64,000 bases of DNA from the human T2T-CHM13v2.0 reference genome, Homo sapiens: the NCBI RefSeq assembly GCF_009914755.1, contig NC_060927.1; one strand, written 5' to 3'. Below the pieces are notes generated by a model. The model was given only the letters and a program-made list of their open reading frames with translations. It made no database searches and was not told the DNA's origin. Numbering within the stretch: the first letter of the stretch is position 1; the number at the start of each line of letters is the position of its first letter. Below are positions 37,497 through 50,750 of the stretch, in pieces. The position numbers and the translations under genes were made by a program.

Positions 37497-37937
37497 GTGG
37501 GCAGTATAATAACACCCCTCTGATAAACTGTATTGAGTATTGACAATTATTCACTGCCTCTCCACCCAGTCCATGTTTCCCTGCAGGTGAAGCATAAACT
37601 TTCCCACCCTGCTGATTTTAGGGTAAGAGAAGGAACTTGTTTGGGCAATAAAATGAGAGTGTGGATGTGATATAAGTCATGTCTGAGCAGCAGTTAAAAA
37701 TATACTTGTGTGATTTGGCTCTGTCCTTTTTGTTCCTACCCTCTACCATAAGAAGAGCATGTCTCAGAGAGTAGCTACTCCTTTCTTCTGGACATAGAGC
37801 CCAGTTCCGTCCAGCCCAACAGAGTCCAACAAAGCTTCACTAACCTGCAGCTCTCATGAATGTGAATAAGAAATAAGTGCTTAATGGTTATGAGCCATTG
37901 AGGCTGTTCGTTACCACAACAGAAGTTAACTAATGCA
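37497..37937 (+). mobile_element. MLT1I-like LTR
   Basis: tttgggcaataaaatgagagtg...cataagaagagcatgtctcaga...gaaataagtgcttaatggttatgagccattgag...aactaatgca. Confidence 0.75.
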
Positions 37938-37999
37938 ATCCTTCACATGCATAATGAGGGTTTTCTCAAACATTACCTTCCTGAGCTAATACTTGGGCA

Positions 38000-38033
38000 T
38001 GTGTGTGTGTGTGTGTGCACGTGTGTGTGTGTT
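38000..38033. repeat. (TG)n microsatellite
   Basis: tgtgtgtgtgtgtgtgtgcacgtgtgtgtgtgt. Confidence 0.95.
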
Positions 38034-39204
38034 TACAAGGGGGGCTATCCCAGGCAAGGTAGGCTTCATTTTCCTCATGATCAAATGAAGAGGTTGAGTG
38101 TTAGAGGGTGAGTCCAGTGTCAAGTAGAATTCCAAGCCAGACCTCAGCATTAGAAACCCAATGTTCTTCCCACATCTGACAGCTTCCTGGCCACACCAAG
38201 CATGTCCTGTCCTCTGGACAAGATACAGTTTCCTGGGGATTCAGCTAACAAGCTGGATTCCCATTCATTCCCCACCCTGCGACCACAAGCCCCATAACCA
38301 CTGGGGATGAGTCTCAGGCATCCATAGTCTTAAGAGATGATAAAAAGCTCCAGGAGAGACTCTGGTCTGTCAATCAAAAACATCCATGGCAGCCTCACCT
38401 CCAATCCTCATTAGCTGTGACCAAAAGGCAAATCACTTAACCTTTTATCAAAAATCACAATAAGAATATTTGAACTCTCTTCTTTTCAGAGCTCTATCAG
38501 AACCAAATGAAGTAATTAATAGCTGTGAACATGCGGAATGCACATTGCCTATGGCAAAGTACTGTGAAAGGGGAGCGACCCTGTGCATCCTGGGCATTTA
38601 GAAGGCCGAGCAGCAGTCACTGATGCCTCTCCCTTTAAGTTCAGTGCCCCAAGGTGACTCACTTTTCTGTTGTTTGCAGCCAGAGTGGCAACCTCACCAC
38701 CACCTCCAAACAGCCCTGAGTGTGGGCCTGGTCTCCAGCACAGCTTACCGCCAGTTGGGGGTGAAAGAAGGAGGGATGGGCACTATGCCCAGGGGAATCA
38801 TTTGGAAGACTGGAAAAAGCTGACAAGAAGTCACCCTGAATAATAGGTCTGAAGATACCAGACCAACTCAGCAGGTTACAAAATCATTAACCAGGAAGGC
38901 TGAAACAGATTCATCTATCCATTCACTCATTAATCTTTTCAGCATTTCCTCTGGGTTCCTCAGTGCAGGAGTGTTGGGAGAGCACCTTGATGAAAAAAGA
39001 TTCTCTTCCTGTTCCTCTGGGACTAGAAACACACTTAGCATTATGTGGTTCATAGCCCTAATTGCCCAGGTGGGGAAACTGAGGCCTCAATGAGAGGAAG
39101 GGCCGGCCTAAAATCACACAGTTAACCAAATCATCTCATTATCAGTCAGATCTCCTCTACACTTCATTCTGCTAAAGAAAAATACCCTGTCCTCAGATCA
39201 CACT

Positions 39205-39402
39205 TTACAGAAAGTGTTGTATATGCATATGGGTATAAGTGTGTGTTAGAGTGTGTATGAGTGTGCATCTTCGTAAATGAGTATGAGTGGATGTGAGAGG
39301 TTTGAGCGTGTGTGCTTGTGTCTGCATCTGTGTGTGTGAGTGGGGGTGAGTGGAGGTGAGGGTATGTCCTGTGTGTATGAAGGGGTGTGAGCATGTGTGT
39401 TA
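39205..39402. repeat. Degenerate TG-rich low-complexity tract
   Basis: About 200 bp of gtgt/gagt/gtat variants. Confidence 0.8.
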
Positions 39403-42379
39403 TGGGGAAAGCACTGATGAACGAGGGTCTAAGAGAAGACCAAGCACAGGGTATGGAGGTCACCCTTTCCAGAGGGGTCACATCTTCTTCCACGGACAGC
39501 ACTAATGAAGCACTACCCAACTCTTCTTTCTCAACACCACTTATCAGCCATCAAAGCTTCTTTCATGCAATGTAACCTTAAGTAACACTTCATTTTAGTA
39601 TGGGTTTTATATTCCTACCATCTTCCATTCGCTTCAACTTTAGTCCTTTACTAAAATAATGCAGACTGCTGTGAGTTTGTTTTATACACTCTTTAACCTC
39701 CAGCGAATGGGCAAGGGGTGACAATCCATGGGAAGAAAAGAAAAATGGCCCAGGAACCAAAAAAATCTACTCCTAGATAATCTGCACTCATGGGCCTATG
39801 AGAAAATGTAAAATGTAAAGAAAATGTAAAATTTTGACATATTTTCAAATTATTCTTTCTAATCTTACAAGCCTAAAATGGAAATGTTGGCAGTCCCAGA
39901 AAATTAGTAACTTGGATATAGGAAAACTACTATACAGCTCTGCTTAACACATGCTCTGGCATATTTAATCTATATTCTAAATTTTGGAAGGGCCAAAAGA
40001 GTTTGGCTTCTTTAAGAAAAGGGCTGTCAGAAGAAGGCTGCACAATACTGCACACTGCAGGCTCTGGAGCTGAATCTTTAGTGTATCTGAGGAGTCTATT
40101 CATCAGAAAAGGCAGGCCAGGGGAGTAGAGGGAGTTGGGCATGAGGCAGAGAGCAGAAACTTCCTCTGCCGGGGACTCAGCCTTCAGGTAACCACGACCT
40201 GATAGGAAGGGAACCAGACTGTGAACCACAGGAGCTTTTCATTTTCTTTGTGCTCTGACCACAAAAGGAAAGGAAACAAAAAAGTCAATTGTCTTTTAAA
40301 GGACTTGAAGAGAGAGGAAGGAGCAGAGATCCCAGGCAAAAGCCAACCCAGAAGGAACGTGGGCCAGAGGTTCAGGACAGGCAAGAGCTAGGAAGACTGT
40401 TAAAAGGATTCCTGGAGGATGAGAGGAAAATCTTAGGTCAAGTAGTAATTAGTCACAGCTCACATTCACATTCGAAGGCACCAATCTGTGCCTTACTGTT
40501 CTATTTTCTTCTAGACTCCATTGCAACCTTGAACTTATTCACCTCCAAGAGGATAAAGTTAATTAATGCACATTGTTATTCTTTAAAAAGATTTCTTTGT
40601 ATAGAAGAATCATGACTGACTGCATTATGAGCACTATCACGGAGATATCCAGCTATTTAAACCTGGAGAACAGGCAACACAAAACCCACGCAATCCCAGA
40701 CTGAACCTTTCCTGTGTAGTCCTTGACAATTGCCAGCTCAACAGCAATGGCTCCTTGTGGTAGGAAAGATGTGGCAGAAATAAAATAGTGAGTGGCAGGC
40801 CACGCAAAATTTCCTTCCAAAACTGTAAATCCACCCCCTTCTCTGCCACTGGAAAAAAAAAAACATATCCAAATATGAATAAGTGAAAGTTATATTGTTA
40901 TAAAAATAATTTTGAAACTATTGTTGGAGGAAGACAGAAATTACTTTAATTATTACAAATGTGGACCACACACCCTTGTGCTTGCTATGATGTCAAGCCG
41001 CAAACCATGGTCTTAGATAAATGAAGGAGAAAGGAGGCAAGTGGGGAAGTTTTCAGAGACACAGGTCCTGTTAAGATCTCAGGCTCCATGTCCTAAAGAT
41101 AGAGAGTATAGGGACATCTCTGGGATCCCCTTCCAACCAGCCTCAAGGACACTTTGACAAGTTCCCAAGCAGAAACTTTTTAGGTCTCCTGGCCAAAAAG
41201 TATAATCACTGTTATATTATTTTGCTTAGATTCTCTTCATTCTATAGGTTCTCTAACTCACAAAATATTTCTGCCTACTTATTTGGAATATTTTTCATCT
41301 CAAAACTGCAGCAAAACATATCTCTTTCATACTAACATCAGCATGATTGTTCAGATACTAGGACCTTTTGAAGCCTTCTTTATTTTTAATAATTTTGAAA
41401 GAGCATACTACACCTACTCCCCACTCAAATGGCTACTGTTTTTTGTTTTTTTGGTTTTTTTTTGGACATTTCTGACTATTGTTTTAGTCTCTCCATATCC
41501 TAATTGGAACAAGAATTATACACAAAGCTAGTTACTTCTGCTATATTCCACAGCTATTTTGTATAATCCTCTATTATGGAATTTATCAAACAGCATTTTA
41601 ATTATTCGTCCAACTTCTCTCTCTCTCCCTTGCCTAGATGATGATCTCATTGAAGGATGGGATCGTGTTACATTCATCTTTGTATACTCCTCATCAAAAG
41701 ACCTGCATGTAGAAATTAATCAATCAATGTTTAGTTTTGGATGGATGAATAGATGGACATAAAAGTTTGACATGATCTGCTTTCCAAAATGTATGAATGT
41801 GCTCTGCTTCTCATAATGAGGGAGACCTATAATAACCCAGCCTCTATACTTCTCCCTTCCCTGTTGGAATGTTTACAGCCACGGGATCAGCAGTCCGCAG
41901 CCTAGAAATGGTCTTTAGAGGGGCAGATTGAAGTCCCTCTGAGTTGTTCGGGATCCTGATCTCTGCCCAGATTTCTTTCACACTAGTCCAGCCAAAGAGT
42001 TGGAAAGCCTTGGTCCCGTATCATGGTGCCCCCTGTCTGCTCACAAGCGCTGTTGTGAGCCAATGGAACTCCACCTGCCTGATTACAATTTGCTTGGTTC
42101 ACTGAGCCAATTGCCCTGCCTTGGTTCCTAAGATGACTGTGATGACATTTTCTAGGCTTAGCCATTTCCTCTCACTCCATATGCCTTTTTAGTTCTCCTG
42201 GCCAAAAAGTATTCTCTGTAAACGATTGAGAAGCTAATTTATACCAAAGAGTAAATGATTCACAAGGCTTAGTGTATTACTCTTTCTCAGGACCTTTGCA
42301 ACTTAAAGGGGACAACATCTTCAGTCAAAAAATAAATTTCAAGTTGTGGCATATCAGGCATAAGCATGCTCTCAATTCT

Positions 42380-43860
42380 TTCTGGCTGGGCATACAGTCT
42401 CTGCCCAGGGCTATTGGCTGTAGTGCCCTCTTCCCCTCCTCAGCGCTGTCCCCTCCCTGCCATCCTCACTCATATACAACCTTGGCCTCTGAATCACAAG
42501 ACCTCAGGGTCTACATGGATGACCATCCAACACTCTAGCTTCCTCGTCCCCTTTTTCTCTATTCCACATTGGTCATTTAGTCCCCAAACCAGCTAAGCCT
42601 TGTCATTATGATTCATTTTATGCATAGATCTCACTCTTTCTCCAGGTATCTTCTCACTGGAACCTCCAACCAATTAATTCCTTCCACTCTCTGCCACTCT
42701 ATCAGCTAGTTTCTTTTCTCATTCCCATCCTTTTCAAACTTAGATCTCATGGTCCACCACTCCATAACACCTTTTTCAGAACTCTAAACTCTGGCAATCT
42801 TTTTATCACACTCATCTGGCAAAAATCCAACTCAATGAATCTAACTCTCCTCTTGCTCTGAGATAGGGCATGAGCTGCTCAGTTTTATTGAGAAAGTGCT
42901 ACAACAGGGCAGATCAATTTCACCATGTATTTATTATAACTATTCTCAGATGGGCTCTCAACACTGCCCAGCAAGCATGCCACTTTCATCTCATCAGCTC
43001 TGCTACACACTTTCTTCTTGAGCTGGCTTCCTCAAACCTCTGATTCTCCCACCTCTTTGCTCACTCTTGGCTTACAACACTGCCTCCTATTTCACAGGGA
43101 ACACTGAGTCCATTTCACAGAATTCTCTTGCCTTCCCACCACCAAGCACACAAGCCCACCCACCTCCCTCCTGTTCCCTGGCCTTTTCTCTCTCCCACCA
43201 AACAAGGCTAGTTTGTCCACATGGCTTAAGATCCATCTTCTCCTGCCTTCTTGGGAAGCACATTGTCCATGATCTCTTCTTTCTCTAGTTTCCTCCCAAA
43301 TGGATTTCCCTCAATAGTATTTAAATACCCGTAAGTCTTTTCCATTTAAAAATAGACCTTTTACAACCTTGAATACCCCTCCTCCTATTGCCCTTTAAAC
43401 CAAACTTTCTGAAAAAGTCCCTCCCTATTTCCTCTTTACAGTTACTCACCCCTCTCACTCCCCAGCCTACTCCAGGCTGGCTTCAGATCCCATCACTCCA
43501 CTGGAACAACTGTTGCTTGGGTCACCGGAGGCCTCCAAATTCAAAGGGCATGTTTCAGTCCCAGCTCACTGCCCCTGTCAGTTACACTGGCCCTGCTGGA
43601 CATGCCTGCTTCTTGATACTCACTCTCTTCCTTTTGCTTTAGTGACATACCACTGCCTCACTCATAGACTTTTTAGCAATCTCTTCTCTGGATCCTTTAC
43701 AAGTTTCTCCTTTTAAAATTGACTACTTAATGTTGGATTTCCTCCAGACTTGGTCCTAGGCTCCTTCATCCTCACACTCTAACCTCTCTCTCTTGGAGAG
43801 CTCATCAACCTTGTGGCTTTAGATTCCACCTATGCACAGATGAACCCTGGAATCCAACTT
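42380..43860 (+). mobile_element. Long L2 ORF2-region relic
   Basis: C/T-rich L2 text (catggatgaccatccaacactctagc, ccccagcctactccaggctggcttcagatcccatcactccactgg, tggctttagattccacctatgcacagatga). Confidence 0.8.
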
Positions 43861-44104
43861 CGCCTTGGTCTCCAGTTCTTTCACTCCTTCATGCTATTTG
43901 TTCTGCCAGACTACCAGGTCTCTCCTTGAATAGTCTGGTCAGAGGTCCCACATCCATCATACCCCACAGCCTCATACAGATGTCTTGAGATCAGAATGGC
44001 TGGGAATTCCAAAACCAGTTCACCTAGCATCCAGCAGTTCTTCTGACCTCATGCTGCTGGAGAACATCCTGTAACAGAGCTCATTCACTTCAACCTCCCT
44101 CAGG

Positions 44105-44484
44105 GCCATGGTTTGAATGTGTCCCCAAAGTTCATGTGTTGGAACTTAATCCCAAACCTAACAGTGTTGAGAGGAAAGACTTTTAATAAGTGATTAGGTT
44201 ACGAGGGCTCGGTCCTCATGAATGGAAATGTCATTACTGAGGGATTGGCTTCCTTATTGAATGAGTGTTTTTGTTATAAAGTGAGCTTGGCCCCTCTTGC
44301 TCTCTCATGCTCTCTTGTCCTTTCCACTTCTGCCATGGGATGATGCACAAGGAGGCCCTCGCTAGATGCCAGCACCCTGATCAAGGACTTCTCAGACTCC
44401 AGAAATGTAAGAAATAAATCTCCGTCCATTATAAATTACCCAGTCTGTGGTGTTCTGTAAAGCAGCATAAAATGAACCAAGACA
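44105..44484 (+). mobile_element. MSTD-like MaLR solo LTR
   Basis: gccatggtttgaatgtgtccccaaagttcatgtgttggaacttaatccc...ataaattacccagtctgtggtgttctg...aaccaagaca. Confidence 0.9.
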
Positions 44485-44499
44485 ACTGCTATGTTTCTC

Positions 44500-44745
44500 T
44501 GGTATGGCGAAGGATTAAGATGGACTTTGGTGTCCAGTAGACTCTAGTTAAAACTCTGGCTCTGCGAATTCCTTGTTGTATAACAACAAAAGGTTTCATT
44601 ATTTAATGAGGTTATGTTATCTAACTTCTTTAAGCCTCAATTTCCTTATGAATAAAGTGAAGACAATAATGTCTAGGAAGTAAACTATATAAATTAGTAA
44701 GTACTAGGCACAGAACAGTGCCTACCATATAGGATACCATCATAA
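44500..44745 (+). mobile_element. MIR
   Basis: gattaagatggactttgg...aagcctcaatttccttatgaataaagtgaagacaataat...cacagaacagtgcctaccatatagg. Confidence 0.75.
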
Positions 44746-46419
44746 TGGTAACATTATTATTGTTGTACTTTTATTTGATTTTGATGATTCCTTATTGCAT
44801 TCTTCTCTGTGTTGACCCTAAGACATTTCTATTATTCCCAAGTCCTTTATGGGTAGACATTGACTTCTCTACATACTTTGTAAAGAAGATCAAGGTCATC
44901 CACCATGTGCTCCCTCAGTACCCTCCCCTGGACTTCAAGGGTTCCTCTACATGGAGCCTTGCAGTCCTCCCTCCTGCAAGCTCTGAAGGGTGTGCCTGTT
45001 TCCTTATAGGACCAGCCCTCTTCAGTGCATCCTGGCTGCCATAGCTCAGGCACTTCCCTCCATGAGTTATCCACTCTATCTTTCTTAATCAGACTCTCCT
45101 ATTTCTCCCTGTATGCCAGGACAGAAATTTCATCTCTCCTAGCCCTAAACAAAACAAACATATTTTTAAAAACTTCTCTTCACTAACAAGCTTCTTGAAT
45201 GGAGCCTACATCAGTTGCCCTTCCCATTCTCTTCTCAGCCACTTGCCGTACACCTTCTATCCTCTCAGTCTTCCCATCCTTTAGAGGACAGTGTCCCTAC
45301 GGGGTCAATCACTGTCCACCTCTCAGGCCTTCCCTTTCAGAACTTTCTGCTCCATATGACAGAGTTGACCACTTCTTCCTTTTGAGCTGTCTCTTCCCCA
45401 GGAGGTTCTGGTTCTTGGCCTCCACATTTAGCTCTTCCAATTCAGTCTTTGTCATGGTCTCTTTTCATTAAGTATATTTGGTATAAATTTCTATCCATAG
45501 ACTTAAGTGTTTAAGAAATGCTTTCTTTTAAAATGTTTTATTAATCAACTTGATTTCAACTCTGAGCTTCCATCTTGCTGGGTTGGTGAGAAATTCAGCC
45601 TGAGTGATTCACAGGGATTTCTCTTCCCTCTCCCCACAGGGAGTTGTGCCATGGTCCTAAGGTAGGACACAGGGCCCAGACATAGGGAGGTCCCTCTAAT
45701 ATTATTATAGAACATTGGTTCACCCTGGATTACCACTGAGAATCCCACTGCCTCAGCCCCTTCTCCTTCCTCACCAAGCTGATTGAAGGGAAGTTTTGGC
45801 AAGGCTGGCAGCCTAGGCACCTTGGGCCACCACTCTGAGGTCCTGCCAATGTTCAGAGTACTGCCAGAGACAGGGAACACGACCCTGCTGCTCTGCTCCA
45901 AAACCACAGTCCTTGACTAGGAAGTCTCTCTTCAATCACTGGAAAATCCTCCTTATCTCTACCATATTCATCTTCTTCAGACAGCCTTGACCTCATACAT
46001 CCAGAGCCCTGTCTCTTGAGGCACATAAGCGCAGAGTTTGCAACCTGCCTGAATGAGGGAAGGAAAAACAGAAAGCAAAGATGAATCAGTATATCAAAAA
46101 AGTATCCTGCCACCCTGAACTTATGAGAGTGGTTGCCAGCAGGTGGGATGGGGGTGGGGGTTGTAATATTTTATTTCTTTTTTTTTTTTCAACTTAGCAG
46201 ATTTGACCAAATATATTTATAATGATAAGAATATGAGATTACATTTTTTCTTTGCTTGCAACTGCATTTTTAATGTCTCAAAATGAATAACAAAATTTAA
46301 AATCTCAAATAAAAATTTATCTTCCAAATAGGCATTTTCCAATTTATGTCTGTATGCAATTTTCCTTGATGATTCACCTATTCTAATGGTTTCCAGTTTT
46401 CCCACAGCACAAGTGATTC

Positions 46420-47960
46420 TGAAATTGATCTTGCTGCCTCCAAGCCATCTCCTATATGTCAGAATGTCATATCCGAGTGATCCTGGACACCTATATTTGC
46501 ATATCTGACAGGCAGCTCAAGCTCCACCTGCCACCCTTGACACAGAGCCCGCTGCAACCCCCCATCCAATCCATCATCAAACCCCATAAACTCGACCTCA
46601 GAACCTCTCAAATCAATCTTCACCCCATCTCTTCTTCCACCCCTAATCCAAGATACCTTTACCCCTCAACTGAAAAACTGCCACTGTTCTTGAGAATTTC
46701 TCTACCTACTCTCCAATCTGTGCTCTACACAGCAGCCTAAATGAGATTTTGATGCCCAACCCCCATGTCACATGAGGTCACTTCCTGCCTGAAGCTGCCT
46801 AATGGTTTCCTTTTAGAATAGGATCCAAACTCTGCAGGTTGGCCTTCAAGTCCTGACCTAGTCTAAATTCTGTTTCCAGGTTGCTCATTCTTTGTGCTTA
46901 TTCTCCATACTTCAGCCAACACTCGCCTCTTTCAGCTCCCCCAACACACCAAGCTATTTCCCACCTTCAGGGCTTCTTTCAACCCCACCCCCCACCCCCC
47001 AATAAAAGTTCTTCCCACACTTCCACACTGCCTCTAAAATCCTCTCTTCACACAGCAATGCTTTGAACTGCTCAGCTGAGCATGGTGAGCCCTTGATTAA
47101 CACTTCTTAATACTTCCCATTGCTCTTGGAGGGTGGTTCAAAAGGCTTAACATGGCCCACAAGCTTCTGCAGGATCCAGCCCATCTGGATTTCAGCCACA
47201 CTGGCCTTCTTTCAACACCTCCAATGTGCCAAGTTCCTTCCTGCTTCCAGGACGTTGCTCATGCTGTTCCTCAGTATGACCCCCTACCCCTCACTCTTCA
47301 CCCAGGCAACTTCTACTTATTTAGGTTTCAGCTGAAATCACATGTCCCAGAAAATATTCTCCTGACTTTCTACCTAAATCTTGAGACTTTCATCTTCCCA
47401 GGGCTCTTATTACAACTAGTGATGATGTTTTTATTTTGTGATTGTTGTCTATGTTCTCCACTCAATGAGTTTAGAGAACTCTGAACATCCCACCCTGCCT
47501 TGTTACCTGGTGGGCTAGTTGAATGTTAGGCATATAATAGGTGCTCAATGAATGTTGACTGACTGACTGACTGAATGAATGAATAGTGAATGCTTAGATT
47601 TAATGCCATCTTCTTTTCCCTCCTCCTCTCCCCAACCTGATCCACCCTTCTATTGTGCTTCTACTCTCAATCACTGGCACTTGAAACCACCCATCCTCAG
47701 GCTCAAAATGCTAGTATTACCTTTGACTCCTTGCTCCTCCTCATTCCTTCTACCAAATAGGTAGGCAACATATATCAAGTTGACCTCTAAATAGCTCAAA
47801 CACACATCCTCTCTTTTTCTTCCCCATTAGTAAGCCCATGTTACCTCCCATTTGGATTATTAAAATTTCTTCCTAGCTGCCCTCTCTCCCACTGACTCCA
47901 ATCTGTTCTCCCTGGAATCAGGATAGTTATTTTCATAAAGTTCAGATAGACCTCTTCCTC
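46420..47960 (+). mobile_element. Cluster of co-oriented L2 3' fragments, including an L2 tail
   Basis: ctccaatctgtgctctacacagcagcc, cagccacactggccttctt, and the tail aataggtgctcaatgaatgttgactgactgactgactgaatgaatgaa (~47535-47583). Confidence 0.8.
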
Positions 47961-47989
47961 CAGATAGCCTACCATTTCACACAAATCAA

Positions 47990-48280
47990 ATCTGAATGGA
48001 ACATTATGCAGCAATTAGAAGCAACAGATTAGATTTAAGCATAGCAATATGAGTGAGTCTTAACAACATATTGTTTAGTGAGAAGAGTAAGAAAAGGAAT
48101 GAGATTACTATAACACAATATCATTTACATACATTAAAAATACATGCAGCAAACAGTAAACATTTTGTAAATACATAGACAAGCAAAAAGATAGACATCA
48201 AAGGCAATAATGCAGTTTCCTATGGGGAGGAGGAAAATGGGAAAGTGGCATGGGAGATAAAAGAAAAAATAAATAGAAGA
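47990..48280 (+). mobile_element. Ancient L1ME 3' end
   Basis: atggaacattatgcagcaattagaagcaa...gtttcctatggggaggaggaaaatggg. Confidence 0.6.
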
Positions 48281-49594
48281 AGAGAAGAGCTTGGCATGCC
48301 CATCATTGGCTTGGCCCAGTGATAATAAATGGGCAATGAACTGAGAAGGAAGATAAACGCCACTCACTGCAGCCAAAATTCACAAAGAAAAAAGAATCAA
48401 CAAAACAACTTGTATCTCAGACAATTAGTATTCAATTCATTTTTGCATAATTCTTTACAGCGCTTGGGACAATTTTTTGCACATTACTGGGGCAACAGTA
48501 GAGGTGGAAAAAGTGCATTTGTTTTAACCAGGCAAGCCCCATAACATGCCTCAGTGCTGAGAAAAACCATTCATGTCCTCATCTTACCCAGCTGGAGACA
48601 CACTTCCAGGTACTGGCTTATCTACCTAATCACTTCTCCATAATCATCACTTCCTCCAAGCACAATAATTCTCTTAACAACTTGAGCTCACTACTTTTTA
48701 GAAATTCTGATAAACAATTGTGAGACTTTGAAGTACATATACTGGAAGTATATTAAAAACTGTATCCTCATTTTATCAGGTATAGTCTCCCATAATGTAC
48801 AGATACATTTTTAAAAAGAATTAGAAATTATATTTTTATTTTTTTTGTATGCTGTGCTTAAGTTCCTACCTACCAGAAATTATGGAATCCAAAATGAAAG
48901 TGCAGTCTCAGAAACCACAAGGTCACTTGGAGATCAGCTTTGTGGGCAGAATTCAAGTTTGAAGGAGAAGTAATAAATATTATGGACTGATTGGCCTAGT
49001 AATCTCCATTTGTCTCCTTCCGTCCAGCACAGAATTGAAAAGGATAAATAGTTGATCGTGGATTCCTGATTCCATCTAGGACTGCAAGACACTAAGAACA
49101 TCTCCTTTCCTTGGGACGAAGATGCAATGTTTTTGTAAACTTTTATTTAAAATTACAGACAAAATTGATCTTAGTGGGGAAGCCAAGCTTCTCTCAGCCC
49201 CTGAATCTAGCTAATGAAAGTGTTAATGGTTTCAATAGACATTGTAAAATAAATACTCATAAAAGTTTGCACAGCACACCGTTATATGGCCCCATAAAAT
49301 CCACAAGGCAATTATGGAGTTACGAGCTCCCTGCCCACCTCTCCAAGCACCAAGGTTAGCACAAGTGGAGGTGACAGAGGACCCTGGCAATAGGGAGGGG
49401 AAACGTTGGAGGTGCACCATGTGCTAACCCAGGGGAGACCAGACATCTCCCCCAGCACTCAGCTTCCTTGTCTGTGAAATGAGTATTTGATCTTAAGTCC
49501 AAATTCCCTTTGCTACTCTTAATTTCTCTGTACTTCACACCAGAGGAGAATGTTGGCATGCAAAGTACAAGCATTAGCCCTTCTAGTCACACTC

Positions 49595-49830
49595 AATGCC
49601 AACATTTATTCAGTGTTCATGGTGGACCAGGCATGGTGCTAAGCACCTTATACTCAATATCCCATTTACTCCTCACATCATGCCTATGAACCATGCATTA
49701 TCATTATCCGCATTTTACAGATGAAGAAACTGATTCCGGAGCCTGAGCGCTTAACCACTGCAACACACTGGCTCGTAGTATAGTGTTCAGGGTGGGGCAC
49801 AAAGAAAGCATGAGCTCTCTGCCTTCATCT
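49595..49830 (-). mobile_element. MIR
   Basis: accaggcatggtgctaagcac...attatccgcattttacagatgaagaaactga. Confidence 0.88.
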
Positions 49831-50132
49831 TTGCCATACAACATCCACATTGATTCACTAGAGGAAGGAATCAATATTTCATCGTTTTGCAGCCGTGGAG
49901 CACAAATGAGGGTAGAAAACGGAGACACAAAGTTATTAATTGTGATCTAGATGCTGAACACCGTATTCAGGGCCCTCGTCTCTCCAACATTCCTCGTTCT
50001 CCTCTGTTCCCTCTCAGTCCACCTGCTGTACCTGAGGATCCCTTGAAACATGACAGTCCAGTTCCTGGAATAGTGCCCATTTAGGTAGTTTCCTCATCAG
50101 CATGGCCTTCATCAACACCAAAACTTTAAGAA

Positions 50133-50199
50133 TGCCCTTACATTGGTTCGGTGCTATGCAGGTTGCAAAACACCTGGGTGGCCTAACACCTTAAAAAAA
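50133..50199 (+). mobile_element. Short A-tailed retroposed sequence of uncertain identity
   Basis: 60-nt GC-balanced body plus A7, flanked by aaaactttaagaa / aaaacttaataa (TSD-like). Confidence 0.5.
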
Positions 50200-50224
50200 C
50201 TTAATAAAAATTATTAAAATGATG

Positions 50225-50750
50225 TTGAGGAAAACAAACCAGTTACTCTGTAGACTGAAGCTCAGTTTGGCTTCTTCTGATGTTTCCCTATGAGTAAATT
50301 CAGGTTGTGCATTTTTGCGGGAATTCCAGGAAGTGATGGTGTGTTCAGCTCACTGCATTCTATCAAGAGGCATCTGGTGTTGATTTGTTCCGTTACTCAG
50401 GATATTAAGTTTTATCACTGAGTTCAGGTGGTGCCTACCAGGTTTCTTCACTGTAAAGTTCCTCTTTCCCCCATACAATTGAAGGAATGTGTTTGGAGGC
50501 TATGTAAATATCTTATTTCTCGTCTTTCTTTCAGTCATTATTTTAACATCCATTGATGAATCTTATCTGAAACAATTACTACTAAAGTAAAGTGGATAGG
50601 TAGATAGATAAGCAAAAGACAGAGAATGATAAAGCAAGTGTGATAAAGTGTTAACATTTTGGAAATCTAAGTGAAAGGTTTATGGGAATTCTTTGTACTA
50701 TTTTTGCAATATTTTATAAGTATGAAATTGTTCCCAGATAATGATTTTTT
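50225..50750. mobile_element. L1MC4/5-type 3'UTR with inverted 5' part (50225-50590 on -, 50590-50750 on +)
   Basis: Antisense ccaggtttcttcactgtaaagtt/ttaacatccattgatgaatcttatctgaaacaatt followed by sense terminal gggaattctttgtactatttttgcaa. Confidence 0.75.

Noticed and set aside
39710-40030. Possible decayed DNA transposon (AT-rich, gaaaatgtaaa repeats)
   Set aside because: I could not identify convincing terminal inverted repeats or a family match by eye.
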